A stretch of DNA of 64,000 nucleotides, taken from positions 162,192,001 to 162,256,000 of the forward strand of contig OX597815.1 of the NCBI GenBank assembly GCA_951406725.2, given 5' to 3'. The DNA comes from Octopus vulgaris. Lineage: Eukaryota. The notes beneath the pieces are model-generated. The model was not told the DNA's origin. It saw only the letters and a program-made list of their open reading frames with translations, and ran no database searches. Of this stretch, positions 63,113-64,000 are shown piece by piece (positions within the stretch are counted from its first letter, which is position 1; every line of letters starts with the position of its first letter). Both the position numbers and the translations under genes were made by a program.

Positions 63113-64000
63113 TTATCTAACATGGGCTTTTAGATTAACATGAAAGTTATTCTAAAAATAAAAAGTTCACTATAGCAATGATGATGATAATCAATTTTGC
63201 TGTTATTATCCTAAAAAGTTTTCAGATTGTTGATTTTTTTCAAAATAGAAATATGCAGATCTTTTTGAAATTGAAAACCTTAGTGTGTGTGTAACAAGTG
63301 GCTATAGATTGTTTTCTCTAGTTTTGATTTGCCAGATACATATAAAATTTTAGTTTCACTTTTGGTAAAAGATTAACTTCAGAGTAGTTGGTTAATTTTT
63401 GAAATTGTCTTCAATTTTCAAAAAATGAGAATTTTAAATTCATTTTTACCCAAGATACCGTGAGCTATTTTTGCATGGTTAACAGATAATATAGATTTTA
63501 AAATATTTTAAACTTTTTAGTGGTTGGCATAAGGAAAGGCATTCAGCTGTAGAAACCATGCCAAAACAGACTGTAGAGTTTGACACAGTCCACCAGTTTG
63601 CCAGCTTCTGTCAAACCATCCAATCCACACCAGCATGAAAAGTGGGCATTAAATTATGTTGATGATGGTAACTTATTCACTATTTGCAATTATGTGTGTC
63701 TCTTTAAAATTATATAGTTAACTATAGCTTATGGAAGCCATCTCATACTGATAAGGCTGATGTAATTGATAATCAGCTTAAATTTCTGGACCAGGACGGT
63801 GTTCCATATGTCAAAGTTCTTGGTATAAAGGTTTGAGTGAATTGTTTAGTGTGGTGTGATACATAATAGAAATGCAAAAAGCAAGGGTGAATGAATTGAA
63901 TGGAAATAATCCAAAAGAACATGCATTGTTCTGGCATCAGCGGAAATGCACAGTTGCTAGTGTCTGAGTGCCCAGATAGCAATCTGTCATGTGACTTTTT

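Overview
AT-rich, microsatellite-dense eukaryotic DNA. The SINE and RTE families look like those of Octopus (coleoid cephalopod); this is inferred from memory of those families, not from a search. The only host coding sequence I recognise is the first coding exon of an RNA polymerase II elongation factor ELL homologue (35049-35174, +), followed by an intron that apparently runs past the window end. The rest is mostly transposon-derived: a full-length but dead Tc1 (DD34E); deleted mariner, Tigger and hAT elements; Merlin-like, piggyBac-like and Helitron-like non-autonomous elements; RTE LINE fragments and tails; at least three tRNA-derived SINE families; and Penelope-like (PLE) fragments. The top lead is a ~270-bp element combining a tRNA-like Pol III head, a minimal type I hammerhead ribozyme motif and a ~30-nt tail. 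It occurs at two loci, each as a head-to-head inverted pair with one tailed and one untailed arm inside a ~13-bp target-site duplication, which suggests a SINE mobilised by Penelope machinery. Other leads are an ORF1-only (HAL1-like) retroelement inserted in a SINE tRNA head, a SINE tetramer within one TSD, several long palindromes, and a CpG-retaining domain around the ELL promoter. Most ORFs in the supplied track are microsatellite or repeat artefacts.
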